From Macrostomum lignano (Eukaryota): a stretch of DNA of 64,000 nucleotides. Under the pieces are notes generated by a model. That model saw only the letters and a list, made by a program, of their open reading frames with translations, was not told where the DNA came from and ran no database searches. Positions 32,474 to 46,279 of this stretch are shown in pieces (positions within the stretch are counted from its first letter, which is position 1; the number at the start of each line of letters is the position of its first letter). The position numbers were made by a program, and so were the translations under genes. The stretch is from assembly GCA_002269645.1 (NCBI GenBank), contig NIVC01002331.1, positions 62,001-126,000 on the forward strand, in the 5' to 3' direction.

Positions 32474-32779
32474 TGCTGCACCGGCTGAGGGTCTCAGAAG
32501 GCTGCTGTCTGCTCCGCTCTGGTCTCCGTGTGTTCCACGCGGAGTGCGCTGGGGCAGCGGGGGGGCAGAGGAAGAGAGCGGGGCAGAGGGACGGGCAGGG
32601 GAAGGGACTGAGTGCACTCTGGGGTAAGGGTTTCCCTAGTGATCGATTTAAATGTGCACTCAGCGCTGACTCAACTCTTTCCCGTTTGTCTATAGTCAGT
32701 TAACTCAAAGTTAATCTCCATACGTACTGTACAGACACAGCGTGCACTGCACACAGATAAACCTTTTCAGCGTTCCCAG

Positions 32780-32920
<141 letters not shown>

Positions 32921-33232
32921 AGTAATTTTTTAAGTTTCAAGCAAAATATGTCCAGAAAAAAAGGCATTGCAATCAGCTACCTCCCTAGAAGCAGCTCAGT
33001 AGCCAGATTCGGCTGCGTTGCACCAAACAGTTGCAATGCTGCGCTGTTAACTGTCTGGCTCGGGTCAGCTCGGGCGCACTGGCAGCCCAACCCTTTCGCG
33101 CCTGCCAGGTGTAACCCGAAGCGATAAAGGGACTTTTAGTAATGCGGAGAGAGTGAGAGAGTCAGAGCTATGAGGGGGGAGGCAGAAAGAGAAAAAGCAA
33201 GCAGTTTAAACTCTGCGCAGGCGCTCGCTTGG

Positions 33233-33246
33233 GTTGCCATGGCAAC
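33233..33246. promoter_or_regulatory. RFX X-box (perfect palindrome GTTGCCATGGCAAC)
   Basis: Exact canonical X-box about 155 bp upstream of the Tctex1-domain ATG, in the divergent intergenic region shared with the NHL-like gene. Confidence 0.8.
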
Positions 33247-33399
33247 AGCTCGAATCAGCTAGCAATAATAGCTATAAGATTGCTTGATACATAAGCGAAG
33301 CATGCTCAAGTCTGCCTCGACTGCTAAGCAGGAGAAAGGAGAGAGAGGTGAGGCAGCAAGGTGAGAAGGAGAACCTCAATCGATCGAAACCGAAACCCG

Positions 33400-35104
33400 A
33401 TGCAGCAGCAGAACTCGGCGCTGGCGCCAATCTCTGAGGGCGCCGCTAGGGCGCCACAGCCGCCGCCTGTCAATGAGCAACAGCGGCAGCAGCTGCAGCC
33501 GAGACGAAGTCTCCGGTATCCAACCTCGGTGACAACGCCGCTATCGGAGCAACCCAGACGGCTCACCTTGATGCCGGCGCCCACCAGTGACAAGCCGACG
33601 ACCGACGGTCACGTGGTGCCGAAACAGCGACGACAGTCTCGACGTCGGCCAAGCTCGATTCGCTCGTCGGAGCGAAGCCAGGGCCGTCCGTCGGCTGGAG
33701 TGCTGGCTGGCCTGGTGGAGAACACCTTCCGGATGGGCCCGGCTCAGCCGTTTATTGTTGACGCTGCCGAGGCGCTGATTAAAGAGCGACTGGAGACAAA
33801 TTTGAAGCGCTACAGCTACAATGAACAGTCTGCCAAGGTGCGGTCCGCCTGCTGAGGTCATGGGGTGATTCTCGTGTGGTTAATAGTGATTCTCGTGTAG
33901 TTAATAGTGATTCTCGTGTGGTTAATAGGGATTCTCGTGTGGTTAATAGTGATTCTCGTGTGGTTAATAGGGATTCTCGTGTGGTTAATAGTGATTCTCA
34001 TGTGGTTAATAGTGATTCTCATGTGGGTAATAGTGATTCTCATGTGGTTAATAGTGATTCTCATGTGGTTAATAGTGATTCTCATGTGGGTAATAGTGAT
34101 TCTCATGTGGTTAATAGTGATTCTCATGTGGTTAATAGTGATTCTCATGTGGTTAATAGTGATTCTCATGTGGTTAATAGTGATTCTCGTGTAGTTAATA
34201 GTGATTCTCATGTGGTTAATAGTGATTCTCATGTAGTTAATAGTGATTCTCATGTAGTTAATAGTGATTCTCATGTCGTTAATAGTGATTCTCGTGTCGT
34301 TAATAGTGATTCTCGTGTGGTTAATAGTGATTCTCATGTCGTTAATAGTGATTCTCGTGTGGTTAATAGTGATTCTCGTGTGGTTAATAGTGATTCTCGC
34401 GGGGTCAATAGTGATTCCCGTGTGGTTAATAGTGATTCTCATGATGGCTAATAGTGATTCACGTGATTATTTATAGTGATTCTCATGATGGTTTTTTAGG
34501 TTATCCTTATTGCGGCTAATTGTGATTCTCATAATGGCTAGTTGTGGTTCTCTTGATGGCTAATTGTGATTCTCTCATGATGATTAATTGTAAATATCAC
34601 GATGACTGTTATGGTGATTCTCATTATAATTATTATAGTGATTCTCATGCTGGTTTATAGTTCCCGTGAAGGTTTCCCTCTTTTCTTAGAAAGACACATG
34701 AATGATCCGTATGGCTCAGTCCTAGTGATTCTGGAGAGTCATCCAAGATTTGTGCATGATTCTAAAAGCACAAACCCCTTTCTTTCCGAAAAAACTGTAC
34801 ACGTGCATGGCGATTCTGTCAGCCTGCATGGCACACGCATCCGCTCTCGCATTTCAAGGTGATGTCGACCAACATGGCTCAGGAGATAAAAAACAAGATC
34901 AAACAGCAGCTGCTTCGGCAGGGCCCGAACTCCCGGTACAAGCTGGTGGTGCTGGTCACCGTGACCGATGTGAACAGGTCAGCAGGGGAGTTCGCCTCCC
35001 GGATGCTCTGCCAGGCAGCCACAGGAGACGCCTGCGCCAAAGCCGAATTTCACGGCAACAGGGCGGCCGCGTGGGCTGCGGTGTTCGCCCTCTACTGCGA
35101 GTAG
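33400..35104 (+). CDS. Tctex1-domain dynein light chain (TCTEX1D-like) with N-terminal extension; 2 exons, ~227 aa
   Basis: Exons 33400-33837 (AAG|GTGCGG) and 34859-35104 (TTTCAAG|GTG), phase 0. Tctex motifs: LIKERLETNLKRYSY, EIKNKIKQ, RYKLVVLVTV, and C-terminal AAVFALYCE. Confidence 0.85.
33860..34460. repeat. 21-bp minisatellite GTGGTTAATAGTGATTCTCAT
   Basis: About 28 copies starting ~20 nt after the Tctex donor; decays toward 34650. Confidence 0.96.
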
Positions 35105-35999
35105 GCAGTAGCAAAAATTACCGTCATTTTTGTGATGGAACTTCAAATTCTATCCGAATAATTTGTGTCAGAGTTAAAGATTTTGTTCATTCATAATTAA
35201 CTAATGAGGGAATTATGCATTCTCAATCAAACAAACTTGTAACTAACTATATGATTATTTTGGCTTGCAAACAATCGACATTGGCAAATATTAATATGTG
35301 CAACTGGAACTGTTACAGGTGTTTTCGCTGCAATAGGCATTGCCAGTGTTTTATAACAAAGATTTTAACTGTTTCTATTTTTCTGCATCGAAATTGAACT
35401 TGATGAATTCTAGTGAATAGTAAGGCATTAAGCAGTGGATGGAGCATATTGTAAAAGCAAGCACTCATTCAAGGACTCCTCAAGTAGAAGGACGAGAAAC
35501 TACGTTTCTTGCAAAATTTTTAGGTGGCTTGATAGAAGGGAGATCCAAGGTTCATCTTTTGATACGTTTTGCCGTTCCTATAGACATATTCTTGGCTTAA
35601 CGACTCTGTAAAACATGTGCAACAGAATGATAAAATAGTTTCATTAAACCAACGAGTCGATTTGCGCCATTTTTATGATTTTTTCGGCACAGTACAATGC
35701 GTACCGTTACGACTGTGCGTAGGATATAAAATTAACATAGAACCCTAACTTTCTAAACGAAAAGCTTTATGAATATCAATAGAGCTACATGTATAGGAAA
35801 GGCAAGACATCAAAAGATGAACTTTGTGTCTGCCTCCTATCAGAAGCAATAACAATTTTTGTGCTGAAAAATGAGTCCTTATTTCGTATTATTTGAGTAT
35901 TATGAGTATTATTTCGGTAAAACCTGCCTCCGAAAACTTTCCAAGAAATGCACTTTCGGCCGTCCTTCTACCTGAGTAGTCCTTGATGTCATTATAAAA

Positions 36000-36584
36000 C
36001 TACACACTGCTCCGACGTTCCAACCAACTCTGAGGACAAGCAGTGCCAGTCACCTTAGCATCTCTCTCCGCCGCCGCTGTCCGGTCCAAGCGACGAAGAG
36101 CATCGCCCAGGCTGCACATGGCCAGACAGGCAGCTGATCCGTACGCAGCCAGGCTGATGCAGAATCCGCCTGCAGCGGCTGCGGCTGCGGACAAGAACGG
36201 CGTCTCCGCTGGCCACTGGAGCAGCGCAAAGTTGTACACCGCCTGAGCTGCAATGCACGGCAGCGCGCACGCGTTTAAAAGCGCCGTTCTCAGCGCCAAC
36301 CTGAAGGCAACGGCGCTCCGCTGGTTTTCAGAAACCGCCAGCTGCAGTAGACGGGCAAGAGCGACCGAAGCGGCGCCGGCTGCCGCGTTGACGCCGGCGA
36401 AACCGAAGCCCAGAAGGCGAAGCGCCAAATCCTGACGGTTGGCGACGCCGCCAGTGGAAAGCGCCGACCGCGATAGCGACAGAAACATGGGCGGCACAGC
36501 GGCTAGAAGGCAGACAATGGCCAGCGACAGTTGAACTGTGGCTGCAAATTTTCTGCGACAGCAGCAGGAGCAGTAGTTGGGCAT
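36000..36584 (-). CDS. Uncharacterized small membrane protein with ~4 hydrophobic helices
   Basis: 194-aa single-exon ORF with an ATG start, GC-rich relative to its flanks, a Cys-rich N-terminus (CSCCC) and four Ala/Leu-rich segments. No family recognised. Confidence 0.55.
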   Translation of the reverse strand: MPNYCSCCCRRKFAATVQLSLAIVCLLAAVPPMFLSLSRSALSTGGVANRQDLALRLLGFGFAGVNAAAGAASVALARLLQLAVSENQRSAVAFRLALRTALLNACALPCIAAQAVYNFALLQWPAETPFLSAAAAAAGGFCISLAAYGSAACLAMCSLGDALRRLDRTAAAERDAKVTGTACPQSWLERRSSV

Positions 36585-36889
36585 TGCGCCGTTATAAATC
36601 CTCTGAATCCGGCCGCTTCTACAACAGCGCCATCAAAACTGATGAGGGACCAGCTTCATATAGCCTCTGTCAAAGCTTGCCGCTAGAACTCTCTACTTCC
36701 TTTTGTCTCTGACAGAGGTTAAGCCAAGGAGACCTTGACCGACAGCCTGGTGTTAGTTAACACCCAGACCCTTAATTTCACACTGCACTTTTCCCTAATC
36801 AGTTTAGACAAGGAGGCGTCAGTTAGGCGACTTTTCTGCTAGCTCGTAAAGATGTTAGCTTAAACACCGGAATGGGATCAAGGCCGAAA

Positions 36890-37536
36890 TATAGCATTTT
36901 GCAGTCAAGTTTGAACTGCGGGCATTCAAATTAGACAAGAAGGGAAGAGCCAAATTTCAGAATCCGTCCCCAAGTCAAGCAGAACTTTATGTCTGTGGCA
37001 CAAACTGAAACACACTGACGGGCACTCAATTTAGACAACGGGCATTCAAATTAGACAAGCAGCGGAAAGTCTATGTGTGCCAGAGAGAAAGACCATGGAC
37101 AATCCGATTCGTCGCTATGCAAGAATTTCCAGAGAGAAGCGTGACCTCATTATTGGGGCATGCCAACGTGGTGACTCTGTGGCTGAAATTGCCAACATGT
37201 TGGATGTATCAGATGAGACTCTTGTGAGACTCTTGTTCATTGATGTGCTGAGCACCCTGTTTTGTTTGTTCACACATGCTTACTTTGTTATAACTTGTTC
37301 TTATCTTCATAGTTCAGGGTTCACAGAATGGTTGTCTGACAACAGACGCAACACGATCTTGAATTGCCCAGCCAATGCGCCTGAGAACTTGTCTAATTTG
37401 AATGCCCCTTGTCTAAATTGAGTGCCCACCAGTGTGATTTTGTCTAGGCCATAGATCGCATTTGTGCCAGCAGTGAGATCTGGTCAAGCGTCTAATTTGA
37501 ATGCCCGCAGTTCAAACTTGACTGCAAAATGCTATA
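36890..37536 (+). mobile_element. Non-autonomous IS630/Tc1-mariner-like element with outer and inner inverted repeats and a transposase HTH remnant
   Basis: Perfect 47-bp outer IR including terminal TATA (36890-36936 / 37490-37536). 49-bp inner IR (37011-37059 / 37388-37436). ORF from ATG 37095 (ISREKRDLIIGACQRGDSVAEIANMLDVSDETL) resembles an N-terminal transposase HTH; no DDE domain. Confidence 0.82.
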
Positions 37537-37714
37537 AATGAAAATTCCGAATGCAATTGGTGCAACTTGCCACACCTGTTGACTGGAAATGTTAATTACA
37601 GCAAACATAATTAATTAAGATGGCTGCAACAAGTGTATTCAATGGCCCTTTGAATCATTTGTATTCAATACAAAGGAATCTTTGAGACTCCGTTCGATCG
37701 TGTTCTGTTCATGA

Positions 37715-37867
37715 ACAACAGAAGTACATACAGGACGTAGTTACACTCGATTTTCTTAAAAAAAACCACTGAAGGCTGCAAGTAAGGAACCCCATATTCG
37801 TCGCATCACCAGTGCATTTCGTATAGTCTCGAGAATGAATAGCACTGAATGGGGTTTTGCCATAGAC
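37715..37867 (+). repeat. Copy of the same dispersed foldback-like repeat family
   Basis: Matches the reverse complement of 1685-1830 (CACTCGATTTTCTT, GTAAGGAAC, CCAGTGCA, TCTCGAGAATG-ATAGC-CTGAATGGGGTTTT-CCATAGAC). Confidence 0.7.
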
Positions 37868-38359
37868 ACCATTTAATGCAGCCTTAGAAATTCTGACCAT
37901 AGAATGCTTATTAATGGGATCAAATGGCTATTATCATATACATAAGTACGAGCTCGTACTTGGTTCTCCATCCCGGCACTCGAGTCTAAGTGACAGCTGA
38001 AGAGCTGATTTCGATAGAACTTCTTCTGTAGGACACGAAAGCACATGAAACAGAAGTTTCATTGCCCAGCTCAGTTAAACAGCACCACAGAATACTCCAG
38101 ACCCTAGTCGATGGTCTCCTTGGCTAAGCCCGGCTAGACAGAACAGGAAAAGAGGGAAGCGCAAATCAGCTTTCAACAGGTTTACCTCGCGCTAATGGAC
38201 CGTTTGCTTTGGTGACAGGTGACATGCTTTCTGACAAGCTTATGTAATGCAAGGCATTTCAGTTGCTGACCAAAATTGATTTCATCACTTTCAAAAGACC
38301 ATTCGCATTTATTTTTTACTCGTATTTACTACTTACTAAGTAGCTGGGGCTACTAGAAG

Positions 38360-39150
38360 CGTCATGTCAGACATAAAAGAAGCGCTATGTCAGACATGAA
38401 AGAAGCGCTATGTCAGACATGAAAGAAGCGCCATGTCAGACATAAAAGAAGCGCTATGTCAGACATGAAAGAAGCGTCATGTCAGACATGAAAGAAGCGC
38501 CATGTCAGACATGAAAGAAGTGGCATTTCAAAAATGAAAGAAGCGCCATGTCAGACATAAAAGAAGCGCTATGTCAGACATGAAAGAAGTGGCATTTCAA
38601 AAATGAAAGAAGCGTCATGTCAGACATGAAAGAAGCGCTATGTCAGACATGAAAGAAGTGGCATTTCAAAAATGAAAGAAGCGCCATGTCAGACATAAAA
38701 GAAGCGCTATGTCAGACATGAAAGAAGTGGCATTTCAAAAATGAAAGAAGCGTCATGTCAGACATGAAAGAAGCGCTATGTCAGACATGAAAGAAGTGGC
38801 ATTTCAAAAATGAAAGAAGCGCCATGTCAGACATAAAAGAAGCGCTATGTCAGACATGAAAGAAGTGGCATTTCAAAAATGAAAGAAGCGTCATGTCAGA
38901 CATGAAAGAAGCGCTATGTCAGACATGAAAGAAGTGGCATTTCAAAAATGAAAGAAGCGTCATGTCAGACATGAAAGAAGCGCCATGTCAGACATGAAAG
39001 AAGTGGCATTTCAAAAATGAAAGAAGCGCCATGTCAGACATGAAAGAAGCGCCATGTCAGACATAAAAGAAGCGTCATGTCAGACATGAAAGAAGCGCCA
39101 TGTCAGACATGAAAGAAGTGGCATTTCAAAAATGAAAGAAGCGTCATGTC
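38360..39150. repeat. 23-bp minisatellite with two unit types (GCGCCATGTCAGACATGAAAGAA / GTGGCATTTCAAAAATGAAAGAA)
   Basis: About 34 units in a patterned alternation. Confidence 0.95.
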
Positions 39151-40109
39151 GAACATAAAAGATTAATTGGGGAATTTGCTAAGATGTCAATACTGAGAGG
39201 TTAAAACCTACATTTAGTTTATTCAGAAATTTTTATTGCATTTCTTTGTTGGCTCCCTAACGGTGGGAGTTGGTTGATAGTTTAACACTAAACATTTTAT
39301 CCACCCACACGGTTTCCCACCAAACCATCCAATCTAGGGTAATAAATGATCTCAAGAACTAAGACACTAAGAGGACAAATTTAGATATAATTAACGATTT
39401 TCAGGTTAACTTTCAAAACAGGAAATGACGCGCGCCGGAAATGTGTATAATTTAAAAAATTAAACAGTAGACAGTCACAATGAGCGAAAGTAAAGTGCAA
39501 AATTATTTCTAAACAAATGGCATACAGCACTACGAATTCATTAATTAACATGGAAAAGATTTGAGAAAATCAGGGGTGTAAATTGAAATGTACAGCTTGT
39601 ACTTGAATAGAAGTGTGTATATATAGAAGCAAGCTTATGCTAATAAAAGTCTATTTAAATAAGTGCTTGCAGCAAAACAACTTGGTCGCTAAGGCTATTG
39701 TCATGATTGGAGAGAGTCGATAAAAATCAAGCAGATTAACAAGAAAAGGTGGAGACAAGCTGCTAAATATTTTTCCTATAAAGCAGTTACCTTCTGCCAA
39801 TAGTTAACTTGAATCAAATTTTTCAGTATACATTTACTACTAGTAGTAAGAAACATTGCAATTCGAATTTAAATAGTAGTTTAAAATATACAATGAAATT
39901 GCATATAAAACTGCATAGACAATTGGAAAACAAAGGAAATCAAAATCAAACTTGACAAACAACAATTAGAAACCTAAAAATTAGAGCTTGAGTAAAGCAT
40001 TTTTAGTTAAAACAAATTCCTTGAATAAAAAACTAGTCAATCGAATCTTTGATCTGGTGCTTGGCTTGCGTGATTTTACATTTGATCAAGACTAACTGTG
40101 ATGCATTAT

Positions 40110-41045
40110 ACAGAAAGCAAACCAAAAACACCGGAAGCAAACCAGAAACACACCGGAAGCAAACCAGTAACACACCGGAAGCAAACCAGAAACACACCGG
40201 AAGCAAACCAGAAGCACACCGGAAGCGAACTAGAAGCACACCGGAAGCAAACCAGAAGCACACCGGAAGCGAACCAGAAACACACCGGAAGCAAGCCAGA
40301 AACACACCGGAAGCAAACCAGAAACACACCGGAAGCAAACCAGAAGCACACCAGAAGCACACCGGAAGCGAACCAGAAGCACACCGGAAGCGAACCAGAA
40401 ACACACCGGAAGCAAGCCAGAAACACACCGGAAGCAAACCAGAAACACACCGGAAGCAAACCAGAAGCACACCAGAAGCGAACCAGAAGCACACCGGAAG
40501 CGAACCAGAAACACACCGGAAGCAAGCCAGAAACACGCCGGAAGCAAACTAGAAACACACCGGAAGCAAACCAGAAGCACACCAGAAGCAAACCAGAAGC
40601 ACACCGGAAGCGAACCAGAAGCACACCGGAAGCAAGCCAGAAACACACCGGAAGCAAACCAGAAACACACCGGAAGCAAACCAGTAACACGCCGGAAGCA
40701 AACTAGAAACACACCGGAAGCAAACCAGAAGCACACCGGAAGCGAACCAGAAGCACACCGGAAGCAAGCCAGAAACACACCGGAAGCAAACCAGAAACAC
40801 ACCGGAAGCAAACCAGTAACACGCCGGAAGCAAACTAGAAACACACCGGAAGCAAACCAGAAGCACACCAGAAGCAAACCATTAGCACACCGGAAGCGAA
40901 CCAGAAGCACACCGGAAGCAAGCCAGAAACACACTGGAAGCAAACCAGTAACACACTGGAAGCAAACCAGAAGCACACTAGATTAGAAGCAAACCAGAAA
41001 CACACCGGAAGCAAACCAGAAGCACACTGGAAGCAAACCAGAAAG
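40110..41045. repeat. ~22-bp minisatellite AAACCAGAAACACACCGGAAGC
   Basis: About 42 units with variants. Confidence 0.96.
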
Positions 41046-41397
41046 ATAATATGAAGCAAACCAGATAAAAAACGGTGGGGGTAACAGAATTAAAAACATT
41101 TCACCATACCAGACTTGCATGGTTGACCCCAAAGCCAAGCTCACTATTGTAGAAATTGCAATTTATAGACAAGTAAAATAATTTGCCTAAAGTACATAAG
41201 AAAACTTAAGAAAACACAAATAATGTCAGTTATACGCCAATGTACAGCATAATCAATATAATGAATAGAAAAATACTGTCAAAAAATTGGTTAATCAGAC
41301 TTGACAGCCGAGAGCAGTGCCTGCATACATTATTATAACCTGTTCACACGGCATGATAAATGAGGGTCCTTTCCGAAAAAAAACTTACTAAAGCAGT

Positions 41398-44300
41398 TTA
41401 ACGGCAGAGTCGCATTGTCATCTCCTTCTGCAAATGGGTGTAGTAAGAGATTAAGTGCAACTACTAGCACAAATGAAAAGCTATTTGAGAATTAAAAATG
41501 CATTACTAACCAGAGGCTCAAGTTCCTTCTTATCAACCAGACCGAATTCGGTGACAAAATAATAGAAATGCTTGTAGCAGGTGTTCACGTGCGCCTCCTG
41601 ACAAACAATTATAGTTGCGAATACGCGTATTGAATATGCGAAACGTTAATTAGTCTATTAATTAGTAGCTATTTTTAGTATGGAGACTTGCAGTCTCAAT
41701 GCACTACTAAATGAGGGTGTGCAGTGTCCCTTTGCACTACTAAATGAGGGTGTGCAGTGTCCCTTTGCACTACTAAATGAAGGTGTGCAGTGTCCCTTTG
41801 CACTACTAAATGAAGGTGTTCAGTGTCCCTTTGCACTACTAAATGAGGGTGTGCAGTGTCCCTTTGCACTACTAAATGAAGGTGTGCAGTGTCCCTTTGC
41901 ACTACTGAATGAAGGTGTGCAGTGTCCCTTTGCACTACTAAATGAAGGTGTGCAGTGTCCCTTTGCACTACTAAATGAAGGTGTGCAGTGTCCCTTTGCA
42001 CTACTAATTGAAGGTGTGCATTGTCCCTTTGCACTACTAAATGAAGGTGTGCAGTGTCCTTTGCACTACAAGATGAAGGCGTGCAGTGTCCCGTTACCAA
42101 CTTAGGCGGAAGTGCACCAAAGGGAGTGCTCAGTCGCAAAAATAGGGACATTTTTCTCCTTAAATGTCTTCACAATGAGAGCAATAGAACTTACGGCGCC
42201 AATATTCCTCAGCCGGTCAAAATGGTGAATATACACGTGAACAAACACGCGGAACAATCTAGTTAGTATTTTCTTTACGCTGGCCGTGTAATTCTTTGGG
42301 AACGGTGTCTGAGAGTCGCCAGGAAATAGGCGATCATCGTTAATCTGCTCCTCTACCCAGTCCATCAGTAGGCCAATGTACACTGGAGCGGGCAGAGAGG
42401 TGGGCTTCTTATACTGCACTTTGTCAGCCCACTGGTACTCGTACTTGGCGCCGCCGCTCATTTTCGGACAGGCTGCCTCGGTGCAGTGCTCCGACACTGT
42501 GCCATAGATAAGGCTGATGCGATTGTAGAAATCTACAACGTGAACAGCTAGCCAATCATTGTAGTCCTCGCCGCGAGGCAATTTGACAGCCTCTTTGAGA
42601 TCGATGCCGGCGCTTAGAGAGGCCATGGCATTCTTGTGCAACTGTTGGCGCATTGTACCAGGCGTGAATTTCTTCTGCGGTTTGAATGTCTGTTCGGAGG
42701 TTTGTGCAGTTAGGTGGGCTCTTAAGAGCTAGATAAGGACACTGCCTATTAATGAGTAGCGAGGAGAGATTGCACAGCAACAAATCGCTTATTAATTAGT
42801 CCTGGCAGTTAAATAAAGATTCTGGGTCATTTGATTAAGTTAGTCTGATGTAGTATTTTTGCAGTTTTTGGTTACTTTAGAAGTTAGGAGCACTTTGATA
42901 GTAAAGAACTAATCTGTCTGTCTGTTAAAATGCATAAATAGTTCAGATAAGTCAATAGTAAACAGTTTTATATAATTCTACAATAATTCTAAAAGAATTG
43001 CTCTACTTTGTTACAAAAAGCTGATATATTACTTAGAGTAGAAAGTGTATTATAATTCATTGCTGTTTAAACTAGAGATCTATAAATATCAATTTCATTA
43101 ATGGTTTAAAAGTATTTAGCTAATTAAAGTCTATACCAATGGCAATAAGTTCAGCCAGTAGGCTTCTATGAAGGTTAAGGTAGGTGCAGCACAAGGCCTA
43201 GAACAATGTATAAGCCTTGTGCAATCTTCTAAGTCTTTGAACTACATTTCTTTCCCATTACTACAGATTTTCTTACTTGTAGGCCTATAACATTGTTATC
43301 AATGCCTTATTGTTAAAATATAACCAAAATTTTGAAATGATTTTCAATGAATGTATAAAAATTCAAAATTCAAACTGAAATTATTTTGATACAAAATTAG
43401 GTTCCAAATTTAATTTTGAAATTGAAATTGAATTTCAATCTATCACTATATTATACTTATAGCTTTTATTATAAACCATAGTCTTATAGATGCGCCAGCC
43501 AGGTGGGAACATTTTTTAGCTGCCATGGAAGTTGTGTGCGCCGCACAGCCAGCAGTTTTGCTTTACACGTGGGGCCCATGAGGCATTGAGACAATAAAGG
43601 ACTTTTTTGTAGTTGCAACAATAAAGGACCTTTTTTTGCAATTTTGCATTATATGCACTACATGAAGACTTTTAATTAACTTTCTAAAATCCAACATTAC
43701 ATATAAAAATATCAACATTGTTCTACAAGAGTAACATTCTAAAACAACAAGTAAACTCTCCAACACTATGTCATTAATAGATACACAACTTTATAAACAT
43801 ATAAATCTCAAAAAGATAAAAATGTAAAAGTTTTTCTGTTATAGGACAATTTCTAGATTTTAAACTTTATTTTTGTTAGATGTATTAATTTGATATAGAC
43901 TTTTATCTATGGCATGACCGCCACTAGCATTACAGTACAACTTGAATGAGCAGTGCCTCATTCTGAGCCCACAATCAATAAAAGTGATATTGAGAGCTGC
44001 TCAACTGGAGAGCTTAAGAAATAACTGAGTTAGCTAAAGGCTATATCAAAATTGGTGTTATAGTGTTTATGCATTCAGAACCAACAGTTTTACTTTTTAC
44101 AAATAAGAAAATATATAATTATTTAAATTTTCTATTTTATTCAAACAATTGAAATAAGTTATCATGGTCATTGAAACCATGGTCATGTTTATTTCCAATA
44201 AGGGAAATGCACCAAAAGATCATCTATAATTGTTTTTACGCTAGCCATTTATCCCAATTAATTTTTCTATTAATTCTTATGCAAAGGCTAATTTTTGTCT

Positions 44301-45499
44301 ATAATTATACTGGAGATTTTTGGTATAACTATAAGGAAATGGACTATAGGCTGTGTATACTAAGCATGCGGCTACATATCAATGGAAATGGCTCTATGCC
44401 GCACATATTCATAGAGCCACCTAGGTGGGAATTTTTATCAAAAAAGTGCATCAACAAGACAATGGATTATAGAGACCTAATATATTTTTTAAAGTTGGCA
44501 TAGAAGAACTAAAAAAGCAACTTAACTTTTAGTATATTTTTAATTTAGGCTTTTATTGCTATAGAGTTAACAAAACTGATTTTAATTTTGGCATATACCT
44601 GCCATGATCAAAGCTATAGGTATAGTAGTAACAAGCTAGGTATAGATAATTATTCTAATGTCAACAATAAACTACACTACCTTCCTCCCTAATTATACTA
44701 AGCCTATACTATAGTCCATACTCTAGAAGGCATATATCACCATCGAGCATTTGGTTTGGTCTAAAAATTGTTGCCTGGAATGATAGTGATATCTAGAATG
44801 TGGCCTGGCATGATAGTGGGACATGTTTTACTAAGAAAAAAGTTTGTGAAAAGACATGATGTTGTAAAGACATACTTTTTTTTTGCAATATGACAAGTAA
44901 ATTTTAATGTGCCAAAAAATGTAAAATATTTGATTGCTACAAAACTCAAAAGTTTTTAAAAAATTGAAGACAGTTTATTTGAAATACATTTTTAACCATA
45001 AAAAGTTGCATGTTTTTTTCTATAACATATTAGTTTGACATGCTTTTGCTTGGCACTGGTGTGCATCTACTTGGCATTGGCATGCATTGGTTCAGAGCAT
45101 TCTAGTTCCAGCGTGCACTCAACATGATCTAGACTATGGACTATAGTCTTGCTACTTGCTTGCTTTTATAAAAAATATCAAATTTTTTGTTAAAAGAAAC
45201 AGCTCTAAAAGGCCTAAAAAAGTGGTTTTTTAATAGCATAGATAGGCCTAGCATGATCAATCATACAACATACTGATTCAAATAGGGCCCAGTGCAATAA
45301 ATATCTAGCTAGGCCTAGTACTAATAGCTGCCTGCTGGCTTTTCGAGCTTAAATTTTAGAAAAATTTTACTCACAATTACCGTTACTTACTGCTTGAAAC
45401 GACTACAAATAAAAAATATAATATCAATAATAAATGAGGGTTCCTATTTTGGCTTACCTTTTCTCGATTAAAAAAATCGATAAACCCACCAAACGCCAT
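41398..45499 (-). CDS. MOB3: MOB kinase activator 3 family protein; 4 exons, 217 aa
   Basis: Exons 45499-45458 ([14 protein letters not shown]), 42689-42195, 41597-41511, 41427-41398; all GT-AG, phase 0. Conserved [72 protein letters not shown]. Confidence 0.95.
41695..42090. repeat. 33-bp minisatellite GTGCAGTGTCCCTTTGCACTACTAAATGAAGGT
   Basis: About 12 copies in MOB3 intron 2. Confidence 0.96.
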
Positions 45500-46279
45500 T
45501 TACTTATTTTTAATTTATATGGAGAACACAGAAAGCAGATATTCAAATCGGGCTTGTCGCCAGCAACTCCGGACACTGCTGTTACCCAAAAAAGAACCAC
45601 CACAGAAGCAATCCTATATATCCGCGATATCAACGTTCAACGGGTCAGATTGAAATTAATTTAAATAAGGGCCTAGTTAAAAACTGTTTAATAGTATAAG
45701 AAATTTTTACTTGTGTCTACGCGTCATGTTGTTTGAATCTATAGAATTCCAAGTCTTTTTTACTTTTTATGTATTTAATTGATATAAATATTCTCTTCTT
45801 ATTTAAAGTTGACTTTAAAAAGTTGACGACTTCAAAGCTATTTAATGTACGCTTTTTTAGATCCAGGATCTCCCTGTAGGTATACTCCGTAACCACTCGT
45901 CAGACGACAACCCGGCCGCGCCCATGGGCTGGTAAAATGAAATAACTCCCATTTAGTAGGCTGGTGCTGGCGTCCAATCTGCTGTATGGCACCCAAATGA
46001 AATCACGTACTAGTAGAATAGATAAATGATGAAAAGATTCTCCCTAGTTGATCACAAAATCAATAAAGTCACGACATGCTATAGTTCAAAATCGCATTTT
46101 GTCTTGTGCAATAATTCGCCTACAAGTATATCTCAGCTAATTTAATTGATACAATCAATATTGCCATTACGGCTGTTTATTGATTGTTGCTTTAACCTTT
46201 TCTTGACTAGTCTACATGCCAACATATCCGTTCCCGACGGCTTGGACCGAAATCGTGCCATAGACATTTTTGCGCTCCA

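Noticed and set aside
37995-38060. CTGAAGA...GAAA hammerhead-like words (also CTGATGAG at 36640)
   Set aside because: The required stems II, III and I could not be formed by eye.
40033-41059. Multiple ORFs over the 22-bp array
   Set aside because: Repeat translations only.
44389-44426. 10-bp hairpin followed by CTAG (Helitron 3' end-like)
   Set aside because: The spacing to CTAG is too short, and no 5' TC end or second copy was seen.
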